A DNA stretch of 64,000 nucleotides from Macrostomum lignano (taxonomy: Eukaryota), in assembly GCA_002269645.1 (NCBI GenBank), contig NIVC01001064.1:37159-101158 (forward strand), written 5' to 3'. The notes beneath the pieces were generated by a model. The model saw only the letters and a list, made by a program, of their open reading frames with translations. It made no database searches and was not told the DNA's origin. How positions within the stretch are numbered: position 1 is the first letter of the stretch; each line of letters opens with the position of its first letter. This document shows positions 1 to 12,417 of the stretch, one piece after another. The position numbers and the translations under genes were made by a program.

Positions 1-27
1 TAGGGTGAGTTTCGTCCGACTGACTTC

Positions 28-228
28 GGCCTCTCTCCTTACTGCTCTCTCATTGGCTGAGCCAGGTTAGGCCTGCCCCTTCCCTAGGCTGAGCTTCGTA
101 CATCTGACTTAGGCCTCTCTTCTTACTGCTCTCTTATTGGCTGAGCCAGATCGGGCCTGTCCCCTAGACTGAGCTTTGTACGTGACTTTGGTCTTACTCC
201 TAACTGCTCTCTCATTGGCTGAGATAGA
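28..228. repeat. Three degenerate ~80-bp tandem units containing CTCTCTCATTGGCTGAG
   Basis: The motif ACTGCTCTC(T/C)(C/T)ATTGGCTGAG recurs at about 41, 124 and 204; each contains a reverse CCAAT box. Resembles LTR U3 enhancer repeats (inference). Boundaries approximate. Confidence 0.5.
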
Positions 229-654
229 TTGGGTCCAATTGGTGACATCTAGAAAAATTAGGGTATTTATCCGACCCCTGACACACTTGTTGAAAATGAT
301 TTTTACAATATAAACGATCGTTAATAAACCAGTTTTCTGGGAATTACTATTTATTCCAATCATATAATCCTTACAAAACTACTTGCACTAGCTTACAAGC
401 ATCCATTGAAAAAATAGCTAACTATTAAACTTGGCAAATCGTAAATCAATATGACTGCTGGCTAGATTTAAAGCTAATAAAGCACAAAATTGAAGGCAAA
501 TCAAAGCGCTTGGAAACAAGAATATCTGGACAGGTTAAAATAAGCAGGAAATCAAAAATATAGCAAACGTTCAGGCACACTCAGACGGAACAAACTACAA
601 CATTGTATAATAAAAATGGAAGAGTTAAGATAGTGGCTTCGGGGGCAATTGAGA

Positions 655-1130
655 TAGGGTCTAGGGGAGAACTAGGACAGGGGAGCTGTAGGGTATTAAC
701 ACAATGGATATGGAGAGGATTTATGCAGGAGATCTAGGGGAATCAATATACAGGCGATCTAGAAGGAAATTAAGACAGTGGATCCAAGGGGAATTAAGAA
801 ACAGAGGATCTGGGGGAATTAAGACGCAGGGGATCTGTGGGAATTAAGACAATGGATCTGAAATGAATTAAGACACAGAAGGTCTGGGGGGATTATGACA
901 AAGATGATCTGAAGGGGGGAATTAAGACAGTGGGTCTGGGGAGAATTAATACAGTGGATCGAGAGGCAATTAAGATATAGAGGATCTGGGATGGGGGAAT
1001 TTAAGACAGGGGATCTGGAGAGGAATAAGTCGGGACTGGACGGGATTAAGACAAGACAGCTAGGGGGGGGGGGTTAATACTGGGTAGGGTATTTAGCGGG
1101 ATTGAGAAAGGGGACGTAAGACAGAATTAA
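655..1130. repeat. Degenerate G-rich ~30-bp tandem repeat (GGATCT..GGGGAATTAAGACA)
   Basis: Repeated GGATCT and GGAATTAAGACA motifs seen through the interval; boundaries approximate. Confidence 0.6.
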
Positions 1131-1259
1131 GAAAAGCAAACTAATTAACAAATATAGATGTTCAGCAAGAAATTGTCTGGGACAAACATAGAAGGGCAAT
1201 CTGATAATACTACAAGCCCAATAGCGTCACTCTCTAGAGTTAAGAACAGGGTTAGATCT

Positions 1260-1754
1260 CTAAGACACCCGGTCCCGCAGCTCTGCATAATCCAGCAAGC
1301 TCTGGTAGAGCATCTCGGACTCATCCTGGCTGCCAGATATCGGCTCGACGCCCATGTAGGGCCGTCCCAGCAGACCGGTCCGGCTGAAGTACTTGCAGTC
1401 TGGCCGCAGGCGCTCGCCAGGATGTGCCACCTGCGCCAGCGCGTGCACCCCGTTCTCCGCGGTCAGGTTGTAGCTGGTCACCAGCAAGCGAAGCAGGCAC
1501 AGCAGCGGCCAGGCCAGGTACCAGAACCACAGCGACACGATGCCTTCAGCCAGGTTGGTGACCACCAGGCCCGGGTCCACCGGGCAGAACTGCACACCGG
1601 CAGGCTGGTAGCGCCGGTTGAGGTGCAGGCACAGCAGGTCGATGGCGTGCTTGCCAGCGGCGTAGGGCGCCATGGAGTGGCGGCACTCGGGGTCGGACAG
1701 CTTGAAGTGACGGCGCGACGCGTTGCAGGATGAAGTCCACACAACTCGACTGGC
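1260..1754 (-). CDS. HSD17B7: HSD17B7-like 3-keto-steroid reductase (SDR), exon 3 of 3
   Basis: Translation ASRVVWTSS...PYAAGKHAIDLL...PGLVVTNL...LTAENGVHAL parallels vertebrate HSD17B7 (LIWTSS, PYSSSKYATDLL, PGTALTNL, LTPYNGTEAL). CAG acceptor at 1757-1755 (minus), phase 0; TAG stop 1262-1260. Confidence 0.85.
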   Translation of the reverse strand, partial: ASRVVWTSSCNASRRHFKLSDPECRHSMAPYAAGKHAIDLLCLHLNRRYQPAGVQFCPVDPGLVVTNLAEGIVSLWFWYLAWPLLCLLRLLVTSYNLTAENGVHALAQVAHPGERLRPDCKYFSRTGLLGRPYMGVEPISGSQDESEMLYQSLLDYAELRDRVS

Positions 1755-1769
1755 CTGTTGCGGGTTGTC

Positions 1770-2070
1770 AGGGCGATTCTTGGAGATTTAGGGCGATCTA
1801 AATGGGCGATTCTTGGGGAGATTCATGGCGATCTAAATGGGCGATTCTTGGAGAGATTCATGGCGATCTAAATGGGCGATTCTTGGGGAGATTCAGGGGC
1901 GATCTTGATGGGCGATTCTTTGGAAGATTCAGGGGCGATGGTAAAGGGCGATTCTTGGGGAAATTTAGGGGCGATTCTTGGGGAGATTCAGGGCGATTCT
2001 TGGGGAAATTTAGAGGCGATTCTTGGGGAGATTTAAGGCGAGCTTAATTGGCGATTCTGTGGAGATTCAA
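1770..2070. repeat. Intronic minisatellite built on GGGCGATTCTTGGGGAGATT(C/T)A (~22/33-bp units)
   Basis: GGGCGATTCTT and GGCGATCT motifs repeated more than 15 times inside intron 2 of the SDR gene. Confidence 0.8.
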
Positions 2071-2170
2071 GGCCTATTTAATTTTGATTCAGATGGTTCA
2101 AACGGGATTCTCAAACACAGGTACAGAGACAATTCCCAGGAAGTTCTCAGGCTCCGGCCCCTGTTCTCAC

Positions 2171-2447
2171 CTGACCCGTTGCGGAATGCCGACCAAGAGG
2201 CGATGGCGCGCCATCAGGCGGATGCAGCAGCCCCATGGTGAGCAGGAAGTGGCCGCCAACGTTAGTCTTAAAGACGCCCCGCCTGCCGTCCTGGCAGTCA
2301 AAGTCGGCCTGCACGAGAACGCCCAGGCCTGTGGTGAGCATGGACCAGGCCTCCCGGCTGATGAAATTACGGATCAGATAAAACCAATCGACTCGGCTGA
2401 CCAGCAGAATGCCGGCATTCAGGTAGAGCATATCTATTCGCTTGTAC
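2171..2447 (-). CDS. HSD17B7: HSD17B7-like SDR, exon 2 of 3
   Basis: Reads (R)YKRIDMLYLNAGIL...VFKTNVGGHFLL, matching RFQRLDCIYLNAGIM...VFETNVFGHFIL. CCTAAC branch-like motif and CAG acceptor at 2450-2448; GTGAGA donor at 2170; phases join exons 1 and 3 in frame. Confidence 0.85.
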
Positions 2448-2584
2448 CTGCGGGTTAGGAAGACTCTTGCGGCCTGGGTTTACTGGAATTTGAGTACTTG
2501 GACCCTACCTAGTACCTCCGATTATAACACTTATGGCAGTAGAATTACTGAGTAGCTAAATACCTGTACTCTTGATAATACAGA

Positions 2585-3290
2585 CAGTACAAAAAAGCCA
2601 TATATAAAGTGCACTCAAAACAGAAAGTACAAACAAGGTCCTGCTCAAGTACACTCAAAACACAGAAAATACAGTCATACTTGAAGTGCACTCAAAACAC
2701 AGAAAAAGTGCAAACAAAGCCATATTTAAAGTACACTAAAACACAGAAAGTACAAAGGAATACTTAAAGTACAATCAAAACACACAGAACGTACAAACAA
2801 AGGGGTACTTAAAGTGCACTCAAAACACAGAAAGTGCAACAAAGCCATAAAGTGCAATCAAAACACAGAAATTACAGTTATGCTTTAAGTACACTACAAA
2901 CACAGATAGTCATACCTAAAGTACACTCAAAACACAGAGAAAGTACATACAGTCATACTTGAAGTGCACTTAAAACACAGAGAAAGTACAAAGTCATACC
3001 TAAAGTACACTCAAAACACAGAGAAAGTACATGCAGTCATACTTGAAGTGCACTCAAAACACAGAGAAAGTACATACAGTCATACTTGAAGTGCACTCAA
3101 AACACAGAGAAAGTACAAAGTCATACCTAAAGTACACTCAAAACACAGAGAAAGTACATGCAGTCATACTTGAAGTGCACTCAAAACACAGAGAAAGTAC
3201 ATACAGTCATACTTGAAGTGCACTCAAAACACAGAGAAAGTACAAAGTCATACCTAAAGTACACTCAAAACTCAGAAAGTGCAACAAAGC
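2585..3290. repeat. Intronic satellite, ~41-44-bp units (AAGT(A/G)CACTCAAAACACAGAGAAAGTACA...GTCATAC)
   Basis: Unit visible about 15 times; homogeneous from about 2910 to 3270 with a 129-bp higher-order period. Confidence 0.85.
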
Positions 3291-3417
3291 TACACTAGAA
3301 CTGCAGAGCACAAACGCAGCACACTAACTAAAAACACAGATAGGGAAAACCGAAGTACAGCACAATCTACAATTCATAACTTAAGCACCAAAAGTACAAA
3401 GTGCAAAAATAGCCAAC

Positions 3418-3755
3418 CGATTAAGTAGCCACTGCGTGCAATCGCGAACAGAATCGAAATCGCTGGTGTCCAGTTTGCACAGGTCAATGCGACACCAAGA
3501 AGAATCTGATGTTAAATTTCTACCACTAGAAGCAGAATTAAAAGCAGCCGCAGCCAAACTGCGCAGCGACTCCGCGGCAGCTCGAGCTGCTTGCAAATTT
3601 CTGCAGCACAGACACAGAGTCAGCTGTGGCGGCTTCTCCAGGGCTGAGGAGGCAGATTCGCTGGCTGCATCAGCGATCAGCTTGCGGGCAAGGCAGAACC
3701 CGATGCCCCTATTGGCACCAGTGATGACAATCACCCGCCCGTCTGAGCTGCCCAT
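3418..3755 (-). CDS. HSD17B7: HSD17B7-like SDR, exon 1 of 3 (spliced product about 369 aa)
   Basis: ATG at 3755; Rossmann motif VIVITGANRGIG and LCLCCRN (cf. LCLACRN). Phase-2 GT donor after the CG of an Arg codon at 3417, in frame with exon 2. Confidence 0.85.
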
Positions 3756-4487
3756 TGCTTCAAGCGATTCAATCCGATTGCTAAAATCTAATTAGCAAAG
3801 GATCTGTAAAAGAGTTGCCAGTTGAAGTAAATAAACCAATTTACTACTGAATCTCCGTCTGAGCAAATGTGTGTTAAAAGGCGTAAATACTATTTTAACC
3901 TTTTGCTATCTAGTTTGCCAAAACTGCGACCTCTGCCACTAGCTGCCGCTATATTCACCCTTCCTCATCAATCCAGCTGAGTGCGCAGCATCAGCACTAA
4001 AGTTGGCAGTAAACCAGAAAATTCAGGTCACTGCCATCCAATGTGAAGTGAATGACAAAAACTTGTCTTAAGCAGCGAATGCTATGATGGAACAGCATCA
4101 CATGTTAGTGCATTCAAAAGAAGAAAGAAATGCATTCAGTGGGTGAACCATATTCAAGTGTACTTTCAGAGGTGTCTAAAGCTGGTAAGCATCTTTATCT
4201 GCACGATAACTAATTGACATCTCTTTCATTTCAGTGTCTATTGTGAATCTGTATAACAAATACTATGCTTATTGCTTACTGTTTCTTTTTAGTTCATCCA
4301 CTATTAAATGAATTCTAAATAAACATTCTTCTTGGGCAAACTGGGTCATAGTTTTGGCAAAATACAGTGCAGTTTAGCTCTATTGTTGCTATCAAAGACC
4401 ACATGATCTTTTATAACAATGTTTTTAGTCTAAATTTTTCTAAGCAAAAAAATCATACTAGTAAAAAAGATAGGCCAAATCAAGTTG

Positions 4488-4729
4488 AAATATACCTAGC
4501 AACATATTAAGAACTCACTGCAAAAATAGTGCTATGGTCAAAAAGTGGCAGTTTAAATCTAACTTTATGCAATAAATTTTGACTATCTTCACTAGCCAAA
4601 AATCATTGCTCATAATTAAGCTAGGAATTATAGACATGGTGGGACTTGTATCATTTTGGGACTAAGATTTAAAAAAAATTAAGTTTTATTTTTTAGGGTG
4701 AAAGCTTAAATATGTTGCCTAGTATATTT
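4488..4729. mobile_element. Possible old MITE with ~24-bp imperfect terminal inverted repeats
   Basis: AAATATACCTAGCAACATATTAAG (4488-4511) versus the reverse complement of 4705-4729, AAATATACTAGGCAACATATTTAAG. TSD not clearly resolved in AT-rich context. Confidence 0.3.
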
Positions 4730-5996
4730 TATATGAAGCAGTAAAGCAATGAATGAAAAAGACAAATAATGAGAAATAATAAAAATATAGAGTTAATAGA
4801 TCTATGGGACTCTAGGAGCATTGTCTATTCAATATTTAAATCAATTTGAGTTTGACTAGTAATGCCCATATAGTGGCTATAATCTTATAACTCAGGATAG
4901 TTCATGACTAGAGCATTTATTAAATCATATACAAAGCTAACTAGCCTATTGGCTACCTTTTCTATGAGTAGCTATGACCTACTTATGACATTATAAAAAC
5001 TAATAATAAACAGTAAGAGATTTAACCAAAACCATAGCAAGATGAAACACAAACCAGAGCAGAGTAGCTCAGGGCCCAAACATATATATTCAAGTTAATA
5101 AACTAAAGATAAGATAGGGGTGGGGTGGAATGCGGGACTAAGGAAAGAGGCAAGAATGGAAAGCCAATCAGAAGGTGGCAAGGGAGAAAGAAAGATAAGA
5201 AATAACTAAATTATCATACTAGGTATTATTAAGCCATTCTATATAATTATGGTCGTAACATGACAGACTATTTTTACTTATAAAATCAAATCTAATAATA
5301 GAATATACTAAACCAATATTTTGAATGAAAGATTATTTTGTCAAGAATATGTTTATAAAGTTTCATATAGATATCATCATTAGTATAGATGCTATTAAAC
5401 CTTGAATGGCACTTATGGTTGTAACAACAAGATTTTTGACATATAGAAACTAAAAGGTAAAAGTCTTATAACATTTTTCATTTTTGATATTTTGCAATAA
5501 TTTTTTTTTAATTTGACTAAGAACATCTTTAGAAGTCATACTTTTTTATTAGAATATATAAACTCAAAAAGGCAACAAAGATACAAAAGAAAAGGCAGCC
5601 TTATGGTTGTAATATATTTTTTTCTGTCAATTCAGTAACTTTGAAGTACTAATATATTAAAACTATAATAGATTATATGGTTGCTAATGTTTTTATCTGA
5701 TGATGTAAGTACTATAATTTTATATATAGTTTGTTTTAACCTTCTAAAGCTTTCTATTTGTTTTTAAAAGGTACATAAACTTAATGATGTCTTTTGCTTA
5801 GAAAATGTCCAATTTTTTACAAAAATAACTTTTTGCCAATTGATAACATACTAATCCAACATTTTATCATTTATTTATTCTTAGATTGTATATATTACAT
5901 ACAAAAAATATTTGGTAAAAAAATTGGCTGATAAGGCAATGACAAGCAAAAATATTAACTTTTTTCTATTTTCCAAATATGTCCATCTTATATGGA

Positions 5997-6960
5997 ACAA
6001 GCTGTTGAAACCCGCGGAATTTGAACCCGGGGAATTCCAATCCCCAGAACTACTTTTGCGTGTATTCAGAAAACTGAGCCCATACTCAAAACAAATACTT
6101 GTTAATAGTTAATGGGTTAGAGGTAAACAAAATGGAGCACATTTGCATAAAATTAGGATTTGAGGTAAACATTGATATTGTTGGCTGGGGTGCCTTTAAC
6201 TTTAAATAGGCAATTAATGTCTGTCTGACTCTAAAACATGTATCGGCAAACTCTGGCCTCTGCCTCTGACTCTCCCTACGTCCCTTGGATCCTTTGAAAC
6301 TTCTATCTACTCTTCTGTTTCCTCTCTTCTCTCTTGTCCCTCGTCTCTCCTCTCTCCCCTCTTATATTCCCTCATTTCTCTTCTTTTTCATCTCTCTTAT
6401 CTCATCTCTTTTCTCTTCTTTTCCCTTTCCTCTCCTCCCACTCTTCTCTTGTCTTTTCCTTCACCTCTCTTCTCTCTCGTTTTTATTTGCTCTCTGATCT
6501 CTCCTTTCTCTTCTTTCTCTTCTCTTTTATCTCTTTTCATTTCTCTCTGCTTCCTCCCTCTCTCTCTGCCTCCCCTCTCTCTCTTTGCTTCCCCCTTCTC
6601 TCTCTGCTTCCCCCTTCTCTCTCTGCTTCACCCCTTCTCTCTCTGCTTCACCCCTCTCTCTCTGCTTCCCCTCTCTCTCTTATCTCTCCTCTACCATCTT
6701 TCTTCTCCTCTCTACTCTCTCCCCTCCATTCTCCTCTTTTCTCTCCTCTCGCCTCACTCACTTCTCTCTCCTTTTGTCTCTCCTCTCGTCACTGTAATCT
6801 CGTCTCTCTTATCTCTCCTCTGTTCTCTCTACTCTCCCATCTCTCGGCTGTTCATTTTCGTCTCTGCTCTCAGCTTATCCCCCCTCTTTCATTTGTCATC
6901 TTTACTGTCTTATATGATCTCTCATTCTGTCCTCTGTACTCTTTTATTTCACCTCTTTTG
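5997..6960 (+). repeat. Dispersed repeat copy 1: ~290-bp head (ACAAGCTGTTGAAACCCGCGG...) followed by a CT-rich low-complexity tract; the tract resumes at 10811-11215 after the hAT insertion
   Basis: Head is clearly homologous to 15153-15420; both are followed by long pyrimidine tracts. Confidence 0.7.
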
Positions 6961-7442
6961 CAGTGGCGTATCCAAGGGGGGGGGATGGGGGGGATACATC
7001 CCCCCCGAAGGGCTGAAGAAAAAAAATTTAGGTAATGAATTTTTTACACTTTTGCTTATTTTATCAGTGACTGGAGTGACGGGAGCCTGCCTGCCAAGTG
7101 CCACTGCCAGTAAATGTACGAGCAGATTACAGAATAGTGAGAATACAGATGGCATAATGAGATTTGAAAAGACCCTTGCCCTTCATTTAGAGTTAAGTTC
7201 CTCAACTCTAAGTTCCTTGCCGGGGGGAGGGGCAAGGGGACGGGCGGGGGAGGGTTGAAGGAAGGAAGCTAGCTATTTTTCAATTCCTGCCCTGTCTTAT
7301 AGATTATATGTACTATCATACTATGTATGTACATTAACATTTCCTTCCAATCTGTGGGCTAGCTTAGCTGTGGTTAACATGTTTTAAAGGCCCTGCCCCA
7401 GCCCAGGCCTAGCACAAACCACGAATTAAAAAGCTAACCAAT

Positions 7443-9200
7443 ATGGCTTCACCTCCAAGCAAACAACTGAAGCTTGATCAGTTCTTTAGAGCTTGTACTC
7501 CTCCGGCTCCTATGCAGCAACAACAATTACAAAACGAGGACCAACATCAATCAGCTCCTGTTCCTGAAGAGATTATTCTCAATGACGACAATGACAGTGA
7601 CTGCCATCCTAATAGTGACACTGACAGTACTAATAGAAGTTCTACTTCTGCGACTGCAACTGCAGAACCTCAATGCCAAGACCTACCAGCACAACCACCA
7701 GCAGCAGCAGCTATAGAGCCTACAGCTACAGGATTAGCTGGAATTGCCTCTCGTGATATTGATGATGCTGTACAACTGCGCATCCAAGGCAAGCTGACTG
7801 CCGAAATTCGACGGCTCTTCATGAAAGAAACATTAAAGGTTTCTGTGGAATACGAGCTACCTTTCACAGAGGGAGCAAAGCAGAAATTTAGACTGAATCA
7901 CCATCACCTTAATGGGGCAAACAGCTGCTTCTACTTTTCGCCAAGGAAACAAGGTGTTTACTGCCTGCCGTGTGTTCTTTTTGCACCATCGACTGGCGCA
8001 GGCCAGAAGAACAATCAAGAGTTAGGCAGACTGGTCACTATTCCAGTTACTAACTTTAAGAAGATCACTGACTTCTACTCTAAGCATCGAGACTGCCAGT
8101 ACCATGCGCAAGCATGTGACGCATTCCAAAAAGTTCTGCAGCAAGAAGAATCTGGTGATATATCGGCGCAGCTAAAGACAACTGCCCATGCAGCTCTTCA
8201 GGACAACAGGTACATCTTCAAGGCTGTTCTACATGCTATTGAGTACCTTGGTCGCACAAACCAGGGTCTTCGTAGCCATCGAGAAGATGTTGGGTGGCTT
8301 AGGCTTCCAGATGCACCCGAACTTGTTGATTACACACAAGGTAATCTACGTGCCCTTTTGCAGAGAGATGCTCTAAAGGATAGCAAGCTGGCTACACTGC
8401 TCCAAAATAGGCCTTTAAACTCTACTGGTCTGTCACCTGTTGTACAGAACAGGATGATTGAGTGTATTGAAGCTGTAGTTATTCATGACGTAGTTAAGCC
8501 AATCAAGTCATTCTACGCCATAATTGCTGATGGAACTAGCGATATATCCCATAAGGAGCAGCTGTCGATTAACATACGCTATGTTGACGAAAGTGGAAAT
8601 GTCCAAGAACGCTTTATTGGTTTCGTTGAACTCAAGAAGCAAGATTCAGTGGCAATTGTCGATGCCATTAACCAGAAGCTCGATATTCTTCAGCTTGACA
8701 AAGATCGGCTTGTTGCCCAAGGCTATGATGGTGCCTCTGTCATGAGTGCTGAAGGAGGAGTTCAGGGCCGGATACGAAGAACTTGTCCAAATGCAGTCTA
8801 TGTACATTGCTTCAGTCACTGCCTGAACCTGTGCATTAAGGCTGCAGTGGATGGCCGGCACGGCATTCGAGAACTCAAGGCTGCATTTGCAACAATTGAT
8901 GCTGCATCAAATCACTTCTCACATTCTTCCGTAAGAACGCAGCAATTTTCTGAAGTTGTGGCAAGAAGTCAGAATAACTCAACAAACAAAACACGACTAA
9001 AGCGGTTCTGTCCCACGCACTTCATTGATGGCCTGGATAGTGTGTTTAACTTTCTCGAACTCTTTGATGCAGCAGTAGAGTACTTCAATGATGCTGACCA
9101 GTCAGTGTACAATAACATTGTCAATCCGGTGACAATTGTGGCACTGCACGTTCTTCAGGCCTTGCTTGGTGCAATACGCGGTCTTGCAGTTGTGCTTCAG
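7443..9200 (+). CDS. hAT transposase (ZMYM1/THAP12-like, DUF4371 region), exon 1
   Basis: Motifs IIADGTSD (first catalytic D), QGYDGASVM (second D), VHCFSHCLNL (CxxH); N-terminal CLPC...H zinc-finger-like segment. GTAAGA donor at 9201, phase 0. Confidence 0.92.
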
Positions 9201-9493
9201 GTAAGAGGCACCTACAACAAATGCAATAAAAATATAATTTTACAGATAAAATACATGTATGTGCTATGTGTATCAATAACAATATCAAATATAAAGTACT
9301 GGTTTCCTCACCTATCAATATCTAGCTTATATAATACCAGTATGTATGGTGTATATTTTACATGAGAGTGTTGATTACGTAGTAGCAGTACATAACATGT
9401 ACATATTTGAGGTACTTACAATGGTATATTCAAGGTACAGCAAACAAGCAAATACTAAATTATATATGCTTTGTCTATGCATCTTTATTTCAG

Positions 9494-10273
9494 GGAAAGG
9501 CAATGGATCTTATTGCTGCCAGTGAGGAGGCCGATCGCATTCTCCATCTCTTGAAGGCTTGGCGTAGTGACTGTGAAGATGCCAAATTCAAGGAAGTCTT
9601 TGCCGCAGCTGAGGAACTTCACAAGAAGCACCACGGAGATCAGCCAATTCCAGATAAGTATCGGGCATCAGCATCCCATCGCAGCCAACATCGTAGCAAT
9701 GCCCAAGGCGCTAGTGTTTCTGATACATTCAAGCTGAACATCTGGTATCCAGCCCTTGATCTAATAATTATTGAACTCAGCGAGTGCTTTTCTAAGTCGG
9801 CCAAGGTTGCCATGCAAATGGCAAAGCTGCTACTGGCTTTTTGTGCAGGCCCTGACTCAGCTGAGTCTACTCTAGCAGCAGCCAAAGCATTCGAGGAGTA
9901 TGCGGCATTTTTAGATATGCCTGCAGTTTGCCTGGCAGAATTCGAATGCTGGCAAGCATTCTGCTGCGATTTGCCAGAAACTGAGCGAAATGATATGACC
10001 ATCTCACAAGCAATCAAGCGGTGCAATCCTAGCTTGTGGCCAAATGTCTGCAAACTGCTGACAATCTTCCTTACGACTCCAGTCACAACATGCACTGCTG
10101 AAAGGTCATTCAGCACCTTGCGCCTTCTGAAGACGTATACCCGATCAACCATGGGCGAACGCCGGCTTAATGGACTTGCCCTACTGGCTGTTCACAAAGA
10201 TATCCTGCTTGACTACAATCGAGTAGTCGAGGAGTACTCACGGAGGTTTGACCCGCGGCTCCGTCTACTTTAA
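9494..10273 (+). CDS. hAT transposase exon 2 (hATC dimerisation domain); spliced product 845 aa
   Basis: TTTATTTCAG acceptor ending 9493, in frame; TCTAERSFSTLRLLKTYTRSTMGERRLNGLALL contains the catalytic E and the dimerisation signature. Confidence 0.92.
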   Translation, partial: GKAMDLIAASEEADRILHLLKAWRSDCEDAKFKEVFAAAEELHKKHHGDQPIPDKYRASASHRSQHRSNAQGASVSDTFKLNIWYPALDLIIIELSECFSKSAKVAMQMAKLLLAFCAGPDSAESTLAAAKAFEEYAAFLDMPAVCLAEFECWQAFCCDLPETERNDMTISQAIKRCNPSLWPNVCKLLTIFLTTPVTTCTAERSFSTLRLLKTYTRSTMGERRLNGLALLAVHKDILLDYNRVVEEYSRRFDPRLRLL

Positions 10274-11899
10274 GCCATGGACTCAATGACTCATAATCAT
10301 GCAAAAGTAATGTAATATTGTAATTTAAATTTAAATTTTACTAAAAATTTTCTAACTTGCCATCTTGTATCAATCATATTTCTATTTTTTAATTTCTATG
10401 GCCTATTGTACTACTTGTTATTTCTGATTTACATGTACATGTAAACGTAAAATTGTAGTGGTGAATGTCTGGTGAATTATTCATACTCATAGTTTAATAC
10501 TTAATAGTTTATCCAAATTATTATCCTACTTATCCAAGTTTGAATTTGCTTATCTGATTAGCTAATTAACTGGAATAGAATGCATAGCTGGTCGACTTTT
10601 TACACGCTCAATAAAATAAACAATGATTGATGTTGATGTCTCATCCTTAGTAGCAACATTTAATTGAGTTAAACTTGGAGAGGTCCGGTCCTCATCAATT
10701 TTGTTTTATACGAGTACAATAAGGATAAAAGAAAAACGAAAATAGAGTGCAATCGTTTTCAAAAGTACTTTTGCATCCCCCCCCGAAACAAAATCCTGGT
10801 TACGCGCCTGCTCTTTTGTCTCCTCACCTTCCTTTCTCCTTTCTTCTCTTTTCTTCTCTTCCCTCTTCTATATACTCTCTCCCTCTCTTGTCTCGTCTCT
10901 TTTCTCTCCACTCTCCTCCTTTATCTCTCATCTCTCCTTTCTCCTCTTTATTAACTCCTCTCTGCTCTTCTCTTTGCTCTCTTCTCATCTGCAGCTCTCT
11001 ACTCTCTCCTCTCTACTTGCTCCTCTACTCACTCCTCTACTCTCTCTTCTCTACTTGCTCCTCTACTCTTTCCTCTCTACTCACTCCTCTACTCTCTCCT
11101 CTCATCGTCCTCACTCCCTCATCCCTCCTATTATCTTTTATCTTATTCTCTCTCACACCTCTCCTCTCTTTTCGAATAGTCTATTCCTTCTTCTCTCCAC
11201 TCTCAACTGCCCCTCAGCCATAAGCAGGATTCTTTTCTGGCCTTTGAGGTAAAAGTATGCCCATTCCTGCTTGGAAAGCCAGTTTGTGGGACGTAGTACT
11301 CTCATGGCTGTTCTCATGCTTTGATCATGTTATCTTTCTTGCCAATTTGCAAGCCCTGAAAAGAATTTGTATATCTTCAGCTCCACTGCAGTCTGCATCA
11401 GTCTAACAACCAAGGAAATATGCATTTCTTAGGAGGCCATTTAAATTTTAAAGTACCTTTAAGAGAAACCTTAAATTTCCATGATGTGACTAATTTAGTA
11501 GGATTATATTGCATTGCATCGCCTTTTCATAAATCTTTCGCTTTTACAAACCATGCTGGATTACCTTGATTTGCCATCCACTGTTAAACTGCTGCAGAGT
11601 TTGCCAATACAGAAGGGAGGGCAATGGTTAGAATTTCTCACTAAACTGTTATGGCCAAACGTAGCCTCTCCACTCTCGGGGTGCAGAGAAGGCTATAAAT
11701 AAAGTTATTCCAAAACACTGTACATTTGCTATGTACATTCAGTCCTATTGCCTGACCTTTCGTCTGGCTCTGGGGGAATGAGTGAGTGGGTGGCACAAAC
11801 AACAGAAAAAGCAGACAAACTTCACATGTTTACAGTTTCTTTTTCGGTTGAGTTGCAGAGTTGAAACTTTACATTTAGATAGAGAATGAGTCAATGAAG

Positions 11900-12417
11900 A
11901 ATTGTGTCAAGTTTAAAGTCAATCGCTTCATGTGGAGCAAACTTATGGCAGCCGAAAGTTAGTCAATTTTGAAACCCCTTTTACACATCTGGGCCCAGAT
12001 CGGTATTTGGAAAGAGAAGCAGGCGGGCGGAGGTTGAGGTGGTTGCTACGCTGAAAAAAACTGCCTAACTTTAAAAGTGCATAGCACCGCTCAGGATTAA
12101 CTTTAAGACTTGAAATTTTACACGATTGTGCCAAAATAGTTTAAGATTATCTGTGTCAAATTTGAAGAGGATCGGTAGAAGTGGAATGGCGCTATGGAGG
12201 ATTTAGTGAAAAAATCGCGCATTTTGAGCAGTTTTTTGCACTTTTAGGTAGGAAGGCTCAAATTTAGGAAATTTTAAGGTAGCCTAAGACATTCTCCGTA
12301 GTGAGGTTTAGGGCGGGTGCAAAATTTGGTGGCATTTGGTTGGGCGGTTTGGGAGTCTATAGCGAACAAAATTGTCCACAAACACACACACAGAGTTTTG
12401 ATTTTTATATGTAGAGA
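11900..12417 (-). mobile_element. Non-autonomous Helitron-like fragment (5' end)
   Basis: Minus strand begins A|TCTCTACATATAAAAATC near a (CA)n microsatellite, similar in layout to the 5' end of the Helitron at 42035. The 3' CTRR end was not found; left boundary approximate. Confidence 0.35.

Larger units (their letters stand above)
6961..10810 (+). mobile_element. hAT-superfamily DNA transposon, full length (3850 bp)
   Basis: 8-bp TSD CTCTTTTG at 6953-6960 and 10811-10818; imperfect TIRs CAGTGGCGTATCCAAG and CAGGCGCGTAACCAGG (12/16 match); internal transposase. Confidence 0.95.

Noticed and set aside
1158-1733. 191-aa plus-strand ORF
   Set aside because: Antisense shadow of the GC-rich SDR exon 3.
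6285-7258. Long Leu/Ser/Pro/Phe-rich ORFs (also 10747-11252 and 15314-16150)
   Set aside because: Translations of CT-rich low-complexity DNA, which lacks stop codons; open in several frames at once.
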